Virus record (IMG/VR): IMGVR_UViG_3300049044_000033 | Location: 64,001-128,000 of that record | Strand: one strand, 5' to 3' | Origin: a virus | Taxonomy: Duplodnaviria; Heunggongvirae; Uroviricota; Caudoviricetes | DNA: 64,000 nucleotides | In this document: positions 49,058-58,393 of the stretch, one piece after another | How positions within the stretch are numbered: position 1 is the first letter of the stretch | Layout: every line of letters begins with the position of its first letter | The notes under the pieces: model-generated | What the model was told of the DNA's origin: nothing | The model's database searches: none | What the model saw: only the letters and a program-made list of their open reading frames with translations | Program-made: the position numbers and the translations under genes

Positions 49058-49308
49058 TAGAGCTGCGCGATTCCTACGAGCAGCTCTGCGTCGTCCCAGG
49101 TGTTCTCATGATCAGCAGCACCGTGGCGATCAAGACCCATATCGATCAGGACGTTGACCGACGAAGTTTCTGAACCGTTGCCGTCATTAACGATATCCAG
49201 GACGGTCGAGGCATCTGTCGAAGTGCCTTCGAGTTCCGATTCCTTCACGTCGCGGCTGATATAGATGAGTTCGATCGCTCGGGTGAGGATTTCCTGCTTC
49301 GTCTTCAT
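49057..49308 (-). CDS. acidic hypothetical protein
   Basis: Coupled ORF in the NadE operon. Confidence 0.65.
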   Translation of the reverse strand: MKTKQEILTRAIELIYISRDVKESELEGTSTDASTVLDIVNDGNGSETSSVNVLIDMGLDRHGAADHENTWDDAELLVGIAQL

Positions 49309-49625
49309 GCCAACACTACCTTTCCGAGACCTTTAGATTTTTCAACTTCGACCACAAAGTCGGTGAGTTCGACTGTATAATCGCCGCGGATTACATAGCA
49401 GCGCTCACCGAGATCACGAGCGTCCTCCGGGGGAGGCATATTGGTTGCTGGATCACGATCCTGAAATGCGCTCCCAGTTGATTGCGGAACGGGATAAATG
49501 CTGAGGGATTCCTGTTCGATCTCTACCGTGCTCGTCGGAGCATGATGAGGAAGAGCCGAGAATCGTCCATATTCAAGTTTCACCTGCTGGATGATCTTGA
49601 ACAGTTTGACACAGACTGTGGTCAT
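49305..49625 (-). CDS. hypothetical protein
   Basis: ATGA overlap with the NadE stop. Confidence 0.6.
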   Translation of the reverse strand: MTTVCVKLFKIIQQVKLEYGRFSALPHHAPTSTVEIEQESLSIYPVPQSTGSAFQDRDPATNMPPPEDARDLGERCYVIRGDYTVELTDFVVEVEKSKGLGKVVLA

Positions 49626-50626
49626 TCGGGCCTCCACGCTGGATTGTTCCATCCGTTAGTAACACCAGTTTGGAGAATGTCAAGGTGAACTGCGGGCGAC
49701 CGCCCCAGATATTTGTGGGCGTTATAGCGATGCATCCGCTCCAGGTTCTCGACGAACTCATCATACTGTCGATGCTCGTCTTCGCTTGCGAGCTCCTCCA
49801 TACACTGGTCAACCATCGCACAAGCATTGGCGTCCCACTTCATGTGCGTGAAGAGCTCGACGAAATCGTAGGGCGCGCCGAAGACCACCTCGTCAGTGGT
49901 TGCATCAAACATATCACCGGTCGGCGCACGATCGAGCACTGCCTGCGGCACCCCGAGGAGACGACCGACTTCGTAGACTTCGCTTTTGAAAAGGTCGCTG
50001 ATCAGCTGAATGTCGACCATGCCGTCGCTGGCCTTGCCGAAATATCCCAGGTAGCCGCCTTCGCTGAGGTTGGTAGTGCCGATGACCAGACCAGGCTTAC
50101 CCTGTGCTGCTAGGACGCTAGTCACATAATAGTAGGTTGGGGTTCGGGCATAGCTAGTGACCTGACCTCGGCACCAATCTTCCTTGTCTTCCTTGGGAAG
50201 ACCAATGCCGCTGTAGAGTTCGACTTCCTTGATGATCGCGTCAGTGATGGCGCTCATATTGACTTCGAAGAATCGGACGCCAAATTCCTCACAGACTTCC
50301 TCAGCCAGTGATGCTGCTTCGTCCTGCCCCGTAACGCCTTCATTCTGTCGATCAGGCATTGTGATCGCTATGACGTTCTGGATTGGGCTGTCTTCCTGTC
50401 GGCTAGCCATGTCCACAATCCCTAGGACCACTGCGCTGTCGATCCCGCCCGATACTGCGACTACAGCACTCTTCAGACCAGCCTGTCGGTAGTAGGCATT
50501 GAGTAGATTGATCTTCTCATCCACATAAGTCGCGGGGGCAAAATTGCGCTCTTTCCGCACCATCTTGAGTGCTTCCTTGAGGGCCGGGCCGAGAACCATG
50601 TCGGTCGAGTGATTACGAATTTCCAT
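49622..50626 (-). CDS. nadE: NH3-dependent NAD+ synthetase
   Basis: AVSGGIDSAV PP-loop, GTTNLSE..GY..K..DG..D, DLFKSEV, PTGD..TDE; no glutaminase domain. Confidence 0.9.
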   Translation of the reverse strand: MEIRNHSTDMVLGPALKEALKMVRKERNFAPATYVDEKINLLNAYYRQAGLKSAVVAVSGGIDSAVVLGIVDMASRQEDSPIQNVIAITMPDRQNEGVTGQDEAASLAEEVCEEFGVRFFEVNMSAITDAIIKEVELYSGIGLPKEDKEDWCRGQVTSYARTPTYYYVTSVLAAQGKPGLVIGTTNLSEGGYLGYFGKASDGMVDIQLISDLFKSEVYEVGRLLGVPQAVLDRAPTGDMFDATTDEVVFGAPYDFVELFTHMKWDANACAMVDQCMEELASEDEHRQYDEFVENLERMHRYNAHKYLGRSPAVHLDILQTGVTNGWNNPAWRPE

Positions 50627-50859
50627 TAGCGGTTCTCCTCAAGGAATGCTTTTGCGGCTTCAACGTCTCCGCCGCGGCGCTCGACGCGACGAAGGAAAAG
50701 TTTCTCGCAGTCGCCGTCGCTGATAGGACCACCTGCATAGCCTTCATGCTCCTCGAGGTAAACAACCTCGCCGTCCTTGAACTCAAGGTGGAACCAGACC
50801 TTGCTTTCCGGTGGATTTGCGAAACGCGGCTTGTCGATAGTGAAAGTTTTCAGGTCCAT
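50626..50859 (-). CDS. hypothetical protein
   Basis: Coupled ORF. Confidence 0.6.
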   Translation of the reverse strand: MDLKTFTIDKPRFANPPESKVWFHLEFKDGEVVYLEEHEGYAGGPISDGDCEKLFLRRVERRGGDVEAAKAFLEENR

Positions 50860-51108
50860 TTTAACCTCTTTCGATCTTTGTGGGAACAAACTGATCTGTT
50901 ATTGCGAGACGTTCTCGAACTTGTGATTCAGTTCGAAGCTGGCGATCTCGGAATGTGAGTTGGAGACGTTCGATTGAATCATGGAAGGAATAACCGTAAA
51001 CCTTCCATTCTGGTCCGTAAAGTTTATCAATTATTCTACGGAACACTTCGATCTCCTGTTTGCTTCTATTGGATCACAATAACAGCAAACAGGTTTGCGT
51101 CAACCAGT

Positions 51109-51858
51109 TTATCGGCTTCCGCTGAGCTTCATCATAAGAGCCGTATCCTTCAAGGTCATAGGCATCTTCATGATCTTGTCAGTCTGATTTTCGACGAGAG
51201 GGATGCGCTCTAAGGCACCATTTTCGCAGCTTTCGAGAACTACTCGCTCATGATCACTGTAGCCCATAACCTTACAGACATCCAAGCCAGCACCATAGAG
51301 TCTTGCAACGACTACTAGGTCCCCAGCGGCAACGTCTTGACCTAGTCGGTCTTCAAAAGTCGCTGGGCGCTTTGTCTCATCCAAACAGAAGACTTCGGGG
51401 CCATCATAGTCAATCAAGAGACTGATCGAATCAGTAACATCGCTGTTCATGAAGCCTGGGAACAAAATACCCCCATTCATCTTCATCATTTCTAAGCTAC
51501 GATCAGACCAAAAATAATAGGTTAGCCTCCTATCGCAGTATTCATATTCCTTCTTTGGATCATACTTCTTGCCGTAATCTCTGAACTTATAACCACGACT
51601 AGGGCGATAGTCTTCTGGATTAAACCACCAGCCCCTGACTGCATCTCGATCAGTCTGAGCTTTGACGATGGTTCCCTTATTGATACCTTTAGTGAACTTG
51701 ACGAAGACTTCAGACTTCTTTGCCTCATTGATCACTAAATCGATATTAGCATCACGCTCGGCAAGCTTCTTAATCTCGCCAGGGGTGAGGTTTTTCGTGG
51801 GAAGAACGTCCGAGGTTAGACTGAAGGTCCCTGAACTTTTGAGCTTGATTTCTTTCAT
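51109..51858 (-). CDS. KOW/SH3-like paralog family A protein
   Basis: KGINKGTIVK; DRLGQDVAAGD; ALMMKLSGSR end; leaderless with 10-bp IR 51860-51887. Confidence 0.75.
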   Translation of the reverse strand: MKEIKLKSSGTFSLTSDVLPTKNLTPGEIKKLAERDANIDLVINEAKKSEVFVKFTKGINKGTIVKAQTDRDAVRGWWFNPEDYRPSRGYKFRDYGKKYDPKKEYEYCDRRLTYYFWSDRSLEMMKMNGGILFPGFMNSDVTDSISLLIDYDGPEVFCLDETKRPATFEDRLGQDVAAGDLVVVARLYGAGLDVCKVMGYSDHERVVLESCENGALERIPLVENQTDKIMKMPMTLKDTALMMKLSGSR

Positions 51859-52034
51859 AAGAGATAGGTAGCGAACCACCTATCTCTACGTCAATATTCA
51901 CGCGCTAGTGATATTCAGGTCCGGGATAACAACACCGTAGAGAACGAAAGCACCGACGATCAGGGTAAGGATTGAACCAAGCATTTCGAACTCCTTAAGT
52001 GACTTCTTCCCACCTTTTACTGTATATTAGGTGA

Positions 52035-52592
52035 ATGTCAAGGTGGGAATATGTTCTGTTCGATCTGGAGTGCGACGGGTTCAAACCCAAGCGCATCTGG
52101 GTGATTTGTCTAATCGACCTCATCACTCGTGAACGCAAGTCGTTCGTTGGTCCTGACGCTATAGCAGAAGCGATTATGATCCTGCAAGCAGCAAAATTGC
52201 TTGTGGGTCACAATATCAAAACCTTTGACGTGCGGGTGATTGAGAAGATCATGGAAGGTGCGGTTACATTTGATCGCAACCTCGTCCTCGATACGCTTCA
52301 CTTGAGTAAGGCTCTCGTGAATATGTCCAATCACAGCCTAGAAGCTTGGGGAGAGATCCTCGGGGTTCCCAAACTCGACACACCTTTTGGCTGGTTCAAG
52401 TTTGATCCCCGAATGGTTCCCTACTGTGAACGCGACGTAGACTTAAATCTACAGGTCTTTCTTGCCCTGTGGGCTATCATGGAGAACCGCCATGGGGACA
52501 AGATCCCACCCAAATGGCAGATGCTTACAGAGTATCGCAGCGCAATTAGCGCGCCACTAATCCAACCCCTCCAAGGATCTTCCCCTCTTTGA
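52035..52592 (+). CDS. stand-alone DEDDy 3'-5' exonuclease (PolA/T7-pol exo-like)
   Basis: FDLECDG (ExoI), GHNIKTFD (ExoII), HSLEAWG, YCERDV (ExoIII). Confidence 0.85.
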   Translation: MSRWEYVLFDLECDGFKPKRIWVICLIDLITRERKSFVGPDAIAEAIMILQAAKLLVGHNIKTFDVRVIEKIMEGAVTFDRNLVLDTLHLSKALVNMSNHSLEAWGEILGVPKLDTPFGWFKFDPRMVPYCERDVDLNLQVFLALWAIMENRHGDKIPPKWQMLTEYRSAISAPLIQPLQGSSPL

Positions 52593-52995
52593 AGAGGAGG
52601 TCACCTAGTTTAGCATCAGACCAGTTTGGTGCACCAGAATGTCCGTTCATGATCTGAAGCACAAGTTTCCATTCCCACAAACTACGCAGCGGACGGAAAC
52701 ATACTGGCATCTCTCCGCCTTCACGGACGATAGACAACCTGCTGATATCCATAACAGTCAGGTCTTTGAGATCCGCATCGCGCCAATCAGTTCCATCCCT
52801 AGCTGACCAGAAGTCTTGTCCATAGGTAGCCTTCTTGTATTGCTCGCATTGTTCCTCAATTTGAAGAACGAGAACCGGCTCCTTCTGAAACATCTTCTTG
52901 AGGAGACGAAACCGAACCTGTCCAGTCATGAAATATCGAAATCGAGTGTTGTCGATTTCTGAATAACGATAGGAACGGTCTTGCTTAGTGGCCAT
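52546..52995 (-). CDS. hypothetical protein with internal tandem duplication
   Basis: LVLQI..W(R/S)DA.L.DL occurs twice. Confidence 0.7.
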   Translation of the reverse strand: MATKQDRSYRYSEIDNTRFRYFMTGQVRFRLLKKMFQKEPVLVLQIEEQCEQYKKATYGQDFWSARDGTDWRDADLKDLTVMDISRLSIVREGGEMPVCFRPLRSLWEWKLVLQIMNGHSGAPNWSDAKLGDLLFKEGKILGGVGLVAR

Positions 52996-53603
52996 TATGG
53001 GATAATCTCTACAAATGCGCGCTTCTTGCGTGGTCCAAGTTCATGACGACCGAGCTCAAGCGGCTTGTCCCAACCGTTCTTGCGGGCCTGACTCACTGAG
53101 GGAAAGAAGCCTAGGTCGACCATCAAGTGAGCCATCAAGGGCTTGCCCTGAGCTGTCATCTCCTCGATGCTGACCTTCTCTGCCAGCTTCTGAGGATCAC
53201 CGTTTGCGTCAATGTCCCACCAACCACGCTCGGCACCTTCCTTGATGTCGAAGGCATTGCGGCGCTTCAGATCCTCAAACCACTGCGCTTTTGTGCGCGG
53301 GTTGCCGTCATCGTCTTCGCCCCAGAACTGTAGGTCATCCTCGCGGACGATCGTGACAGTCTTATCATGGAATGAGAAGTTTCTCCGCAATGGCTCAGAA
53401 TTATCCTCAGCCAAACCAGGATCAGGCATGTCGAAGAAGTGAACCTCATTAATCTTCTCAACCGAAGAGTCGATCAATGTTTCGCCTTCCCACTGCTCAG
53501 TAGTGATCTCCTGAACGGTGTGAAACTCCCTCATACCAGGCGTGACAAAATTTCCAGACGGGAAGGTAACGCGAATGGGTCCTTTTATTTTACGTTCCTG
53601 CAT
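52995..53603 (-). CDS. protein with C-terminal S4-like RNA-binding motif
   Basis: LMVDLGFFPSVSQARK resembles the S4/TyrRS C-terminal motif. Confidence 0.55.
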   Translation of the reverse strand: MQERKIKGPIRVTFPSGNFVTPGMREFHTVQEITTEQWEGETLIDSSVEKINEVHFFDMPDPGLAEDNSEPLRRNFSFHDKTVTIVREDDLQFWGEDDDGNPRTKAQWFEDLKRRNAFDIKEGAERGWWDIDANGDPQKLAEKVSIEEMTAQGKPLMAHLMVDLGFFPSVSQARKNGWDKPLELGRHELGPRKKRAFVEIIP

Positions 53604-53845
53604 TACATTCTCCTTTCACACCTGCTCTATAGGCAGAAAGGTTAGATGTCAATCGGATTTAGATTCCCGATGAACGTTAACTAGAACGATCAGAGCGAAC
53701 ATCAAAGATGCAAAACCGAGGCCAATTTGCAAATTAGGAAAGGGACAAGTTGCAACCACGAAAGACCAGATTCCCGAAACCACTGCGACCTGTCGAAACT
53801 CCCAACGGGTCATGTCTTCTAGTAGCTTGCGCTTTTTGGGTTCTT

Positions 53846-54226
53846 TTAGATCCATGGATTGAGTCCCTTCAAAATGTCTTCACGGTCGTCAACATCAATC
53901 GGCCCAATACCAAGAGCCGTAATCATCGGCCTAGGGAAGACTGTCTTCCCTGCATCCTTAATCAACGCCGTGCCACACTTGTCTTTGTAGAGACGGGACA
54001 ATTGATGTAGAGTCTCCTCATTGGCAATTAGGCAGATCTTAGGCGTACCTGATCCGAGGATATAGCGGACAGCCAATTCAATGGCTTTGAAGTTGAGGCG
54101 AAGGAATGGAGAGACGAGAGCGCCGCAGAACGCATGGCCAATCTGGGCTCCCATTTTGCCACGATTGCCGTTAGAAGCCTTTACCGCTTCCTCACTCACA
54201 ACACAGTAGAGCCTAATATCTTTCAT
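53846..54226 (-). CDS. pth2: peptidyl-tRNA hydrolase, type 2
   Basis: GKMGAQIGHA, KICL, IKDAGKT, TALGIGP. Confidence 0.85.
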   Translation of the reverse strand: MKDIRLYCVVSEEAVKASNGNRGKMGAQIGHAFCGALVSPFLRLNFKAIELAVRYILGSGTPKICLIANEETLHQLSRLYKDKCGTALIKDAGKTVFPRPMITALGIGPIDVDDREDILKGLNPWI

Positions 54227-54537
54227 TTTCTGGTAAGACTTTCCATGATAAGTTGCTGCGCGAGTTTTGGGTTTCGAGCACTATAGAGTTTGGCACCAGT
54301 TCTAAAGACCAACATGTCAAGACGATGCATCTCATCATCCATCCATCTTTCCCTGAAATTGTCTTGGAAGGACCTCACGTAGAGATGGGTAAGGTGCCAC
54401 AATTGACGCATTGGCATCCGCTCATACAATCGAGCAATCCGTCTATCGCCGGCACGTTTATTGTGGTAAGAGCGGTATTCCCTCATTACCTCTTTGAACT
54501 CTTCCCTAAGGGCAGTGATGTGATTAGGACGGGCCAT
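54223..54537 (-). CDS. hypothetical protein
   Basis: Leaderless promoter; coupled to pth2. Confidence 0.65.
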   Translation of the reverse strand: MARPNHITALREEFKEVMREYRSYHNKRAGDRRIARLYERMPMRQLWHLTHLYVRSFQDNFRERWMDDEMHRLDMLVFRTGAKLYSARNPKLAQQLIMESLTRK

Positions 54538-54568
54538 TACGTCGCTTTAGCGGTAGAATTCCCGTTAG

Positions 54569-54724
54569 TCAATTTTTGAGGAAGTCTGCGACCTCTTTAC
54601 AGCATTGGCCACATTTGATCTCGCAACCAAGCATCCTGTAAGCCACACACGGGCTCTTTGCGCCGGCTGCTTTCACCCTAGTGAGCTTCTTGTCATTGAT
54701 GTTATTACAGGAACAGATGATCAC
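54569..54724 (-). CDS. bfd: Bfd-like [2Fe-2S] ferredoxin (not in ORF track)
   Basis: 51 aa MIICSCNNINDK...CGQC, CxC...CxxC spacing; GTG start. Confidence 0.75.
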   Translation of the reverse strand: MIICSCNNINDKKLTRVKAAGAKSPCVAYRMLGCEIKCGQCCKEVADFLKN

Positions 54725-54732
54725 AAACCTAT

Positions 54733-55017
54733 TTACTCTTTAGTGAGTCGCCATTCTACTGCGGCCTTGATGCCGTGTTTCTTAGCATAATAATAGAGTT
54801 CACCGTCTTTAGCAAATTTCACAATTAAATTGTGATACTCTTCTCTGAAACCAACTCTCCAAACATCTGGTTGCTCGAGATCATCTACATATTTCTGAGC
54901 AAAGACCCAAAGTTCCCGCATGTTCTTATGAGCAGGATTGAATTGGTTCTGTTCATACCAAAATCGAAGATCAGTGTAGCTCTTCTTCAATCGTTCCCGT
55001 AGATCGTCAATTGTCAT
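54733..55017 (-). CDS. hypothetical protein, related to 55007-55291
   Basis: YYYAKKHGIKAA vs YYHAKKYGLQSA. Confidence 0.7.
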   Translation of the reverse strand: MTIDDLRERLKKSYTDLRFWYEQNQFNPAHKNMRELWVFAQKYVDDLEQPDVWRVGFREEYHNLIVKFAKDGELYYYAKKHGIKAAVEWRLTKE

Positions 55018-55291
55018 AGGAAAGCTTCATCAACATAGCAGACTGTAACCCGTACTTCTTGGCGTGATAGTAGATCTCACAGGCGCGATCTAGCTTCGAC
55101 AGAACTTCATTGTAGTGATCAGCGTTGAGGTGACTATTGAGAACGCGCTTATTGCGCTTCCAAACCTGTCGCATTGTGCCAGGTCTCTTCGGTTCCGGTT
55201 TATACATTAGGACATTTATTTCTTTGCGGTACTCCATAAAGTCTGCAAATGCGGCAGTGGCGTTATTCCGCAAATCCTGAAGAGTAGTCAT
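55007..55291 (-). CDS. hypothetical protein, related to 54733-55017
   Basis: Shared N- and C-terminal motifs. Confidence 0.7.
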   Translation of the reverse strand: MTTLQDLRNNATAAFADFMEYRKEINVLMYKPEPKRPGTMRQVWKRNKRVLNSHLNADHYNEVLSKLDRACEIYYHAKKYGLQSAMLMKLSYDN

Positions 55292-56065
55292 TAGATCTTA
55301 CCTGACATGCGTAGACGCCGAGCGCGTCGAAAAGCCCAAGATTCAAATCGAGCGAGACGATTATCCCAAACGAGCCAACTCTCTGTTAATCGCTTCATTT
55401 CCCGCTTGTAAGGTTGATACGCACGAGCAACTCGTTTGTATTCCTCACTAGTGGGAAACTCTGTAGAATAAGATGGTCGACTAGCTCTAGCGGCGGACCA
55501 GAAGCGATCCAAATAATCCTTGCGGGCTTTTTTCCGCAAACGATATGCTAGAGTCAAGGGAGAAAAATACATCACTCTACCCAATTATGTAGGTAGAGGT
55601 GAACTGTCAAGAGCTTTTTGGACGAACCTTATCTGCTTCTTCGGCCAGTTTCTCGGCGGCCATATGGATCCACATCGCAAGCCGGAGCATTTTCTCATAC
55701 GGCTTCATGTCAAAACTGGATATCAGAGCCTTGGAGTCATTCTGAAGTTGGATCTCAACATTGTTGTCGAGAGTCCTCACAAGGGTAAAACTTGCGAGCA
55801 CTTGCCCCTCAGAATTACTTTCCGCCACTTCTCGCTTCCTTGTTGGTCTTAACTGCGACCACTATAGCATGGTAGAGAAACTTTTCTAGCCCCGGCCGTG
55901 CGATACTTTTGAGCTTCTCTTCCAAGACAGCTTTGACCTCAGGGACCATCCCGTCGCCATTCTTTATATAAGTGGCAAGGTCTATTTGAGACACGATAGC
56001 AAAGCGGAGCATGTCGTCGCTTTCGTTCTTGAAACCTTCAAGAAGAGGATGGTCCCGATATTCCA

Positions 56066-56668
56066 TTAGATTCCAATCCCACGCCTAGGAGTAACAGGCG
56101 CTTCGCTTGGGGTAAACTTCGGTTCCTCGTCGGGAGCGTCGCCGGCAAAAGGATCACCCTTTGCACCAATGGACCGCATACAACGCGCCATCGCGAGTGT
56201 AGCAGCACGAGTTCCAGAGAGACTCAAGTTCGCGATCGAGGTGCCGTTCCGACGAATGTGGATAGTATTCGAAAGCGCAAATTCGTAGAGGAAATTGTCG
56301 CCATCGCTGTTGGTCTTGATGCTGCGAATAAACACCAAGCCGGGACCGTCACTGTCGATCCTCTTTGAGGCAACCGATGTTACTGTCCATTCGCCCAGGT
56401 TGTCGAACTCGATATCTAGCTTGTAGACACCTTTGTCTGTAAGTGACGTCCACTTGTGGTTCTGAACTGCAAAAGTGAGCTGTTCCTGTGCGACGTCATC
56501 GGCTTCGGCGAGAACTGAAAAGGTGCTGCCACCCTCAAACGATGCCCAGAGGAAACACGCATCCGACGAGCGCCTGAGATTCCATCCGCCTACTTCGATA
56601 ACATCAGCAGATGCGGGTACTGAAGCAAGCAGAACTGCTGCGGCAAGAATGCCCTTTACGATCTTCAT
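56066..56668 (-). CDS. exported protein
   Basis: Signal peptide (ASA/D); two Cys. Confidence 0.75.
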   Translation of the reverse strand: MKIVKGILAAAVLLASVPASADVIEVGGWNLRRSSDACFLWASFEGGSTFSVLAEADDVAQEQLTFAVQNHKWTSLTDKGVYKLDIEFDNLGEWTVTSVASKRIDSDGPGLVFIRSIKTNSDGDNFLYEFALSNTIHIRRNGTSIANLSLSGTRAATLAMARCMRSIGAKGDPFAGDAPDEEPKFTPSEAPVTPRRGIGI

Positions 56669-57423
56669 AAAATCCTCCTTTGTTACCTATGTGGTAACAC
56701 GAATAGGAAGGATGTCAACCTTTTGGTTGGGACATTCTTTTGAGGATTTCAGCTTGAATTAGAACTAGTCGGGTAAACCATGCTTGAGCTTGCTTATTAA
56801 CATCAGCCCCAATTTCCCAGCCTTTGGCAAAAAGCAGATCATCGATTAATTCCAAGTTAGACCGACTCTCAACATCGTAATCCTCGTCAGGCATTACAGT
56901 CATAGCTTTTCCTCAATCCAAGAAAGCTGGGCCAGCATTTCGAAGGCCATTTTCCTTCGCAAGCTCGCGCATATATTCCTGAGCATCATATTCGTAAATG
57001 AACGTCTCACGCGAGGCGAGGTCCCATTCATCCTTTTCGTAATCGCGCACCTGTGCAATGTCGAGACACGACCGATTGCCGCGAGGATAGATCACCATCC
57101 AAGGACACGAATGGGAAGCCTTAAAGCCTCGGTCCTCGGTGAGGTTCTCTTCCTGCTCAGAATAGCGACGAGTAGCCATTAGTCTACCTCCCTGAGATAA
57201 CCACCCATGAAGCATTCGACGGGTGAGGCATCTTCAGGAGACCGAATAGGCTGCGCTCCAGGATGAGGTGCTTCATCCTGATAGCCTACACGTTTCCAAG
57301 CTTTGTCCCAACTGATGAATTTGCCCTTGTTAGGGAAGTCCTCAGGAAACGGAACAAACGTGACTTTCTTTCCGGGTCCTGACAAGAGGAGTTCCTTGAT
57401 CTGCTGCTCGACACCATCGTTCA

Positions 57424-58056
57424 TCACACTAAATCCCAATCCGAATCCTTGACATCCTGGCGAGCATCAAACTTCGCAAACATGACCCGCATATCATCGA
57501 AGAGCTTGGGATCGCCCTGCGTGAACCCCTGCCACTGATCCTTCTTCTCCGCTACCCACTTGCGCGCAAAGCCCGGATCGTTAGCCACGATGCTCGGCAT
57601 GTTGGACTTCATATCCGCCAGCTTGACAGTCTGCTGCGCTGGATCAGCCCTCCAAGAATGCTCTTTATCCTTGTTTTTACGGAAAGCACGGTTGCCATCA
57701 GCGAGATCGCTAATGTCAGTGACCTGATAAACCCCTGCGACGATCTTTTGCGCAACATCACTGCCATACTGTGCAAAGGCTGCACCCACATCGCCAAGCG
57801 TTTTGTAGGTGTCCTCGACCACATCGTGACAGATCGCAACCGCAACCGTGATTGCATCGCCGTGAATGCTCCGGGCAACCATCTTAGCGACTTGGATGGG
57901 GTGAACCATATAGGGAGCACCACTATACTTGCGACGCTGGCCGCCCAACACTGGGTCCGGCTTGAGAGCGTGGTTCTCATGTGCGTCTGAGGCGAAACCA
58001 ATCGCGGTCAGCACAATGGGATCCTGCATTACATCATATGTGGTATCGTTTGTCAT
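57424..58056 (-). CDS. small alarmone hydrolase (RelA/SpoT HD domain, Mesh1-like)
   Basis: AH..QRRK.SG.PY..HP, HDVVEDT, VKLAD..SN. Confidence 0.85.
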   Translation of the reverse strand: MTNDTTYDVMQDPIVLTAIGFASDAHENHALKPDPVLGGQRRKYSGAPYMVHPIQVAKMVARSIHGDAITVAVAICHDVVEDTYKTLGDVGAAFAQYGSDVAQKIVAGVYQVTDISDLADGNRAFRKNKDKEHSWRADPAQQTVKLADMKSNMPSIVANDPGFARKWVAEKKDQWQGFTQGDPKLFDDMRVMFAKFDARQDVKDSDWDLV

Positions 58057-58086
58057 GTAGCCACAATAACACAGGTGGCCAGTTTG

Positions 58087-58362
58087 TCAACTGTATGTCA
58101 GCTTAAAAAGCATCGCTGCCTTTGGATCATCGAAAAAGAAATGAGCCACACGCTGTTGACCCATAAGCCACTGATTACTGTATTCGAAATGTTTAATCCG
58201 TCCATCATCTATCCAAGTCTGAACCTCATCCACTGGGATCGTTTCAAAAAGCAATTTCTGCATACTGAACGAACTTCCCGGCTTCTGCGGAACATCGACT
58301 ATGGTCTGTTTGCTCTTCATGGTTTTATGAAAGGGCACGGAAATTTGAATAAGGTCATCCAT
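58087..58362 (-). CDS. family B small protein
   Basis: FDDPKAAMLFKLTYS. Confidence 0.7.
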   Translation of the reverse strand: MDDLIQISVPFHKTMKSKQTIVDVPQKPGSSFSMQKLLFETIPVDEVQTWIDDGRIKHFEYSNQWLMGQQRVAHFFFDDPKAAMLFKLTYS

Positions 58363-58393
58363 ATTCTGACTTAACGGCTAGAAAGGTGTATTG

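Larger units (their letters stand above)
751..51110 (-). repeat. dispersed family of ~60 promoter-RBS modules (consensus minus strand aaactggTTGACnnnttcacctattctGCTAAa-N~20-aacAGGAGATCGaaaATG)
   Basis: Plus-strand cgatctcc...tagcagaataggtga...gtcaaccagttt recurs in intergenic gaps, e.g. 751-815, 1231-1291, 3521-3585, 6374-6438, 10164-10232, 16687-16750, 24430-24494, 38509-38573, 40559-40626, 51047-51110. Confidence 0.9.

Noticed and set aside
751-51110. Repeated modules as a CRISPR array or integron attC sites
   Set aside because: Repeats are degenerate, separated by whole genes and carry -35/-10/SD elements; no cas or integrase gene in the window and no RYYYAAC/GTTRRRY ends
52035-52592. DNA polymerase gene
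   Set aside because: Only the exonuclease domain is present; stop codon and a convergent gene follow with no polymerase domain
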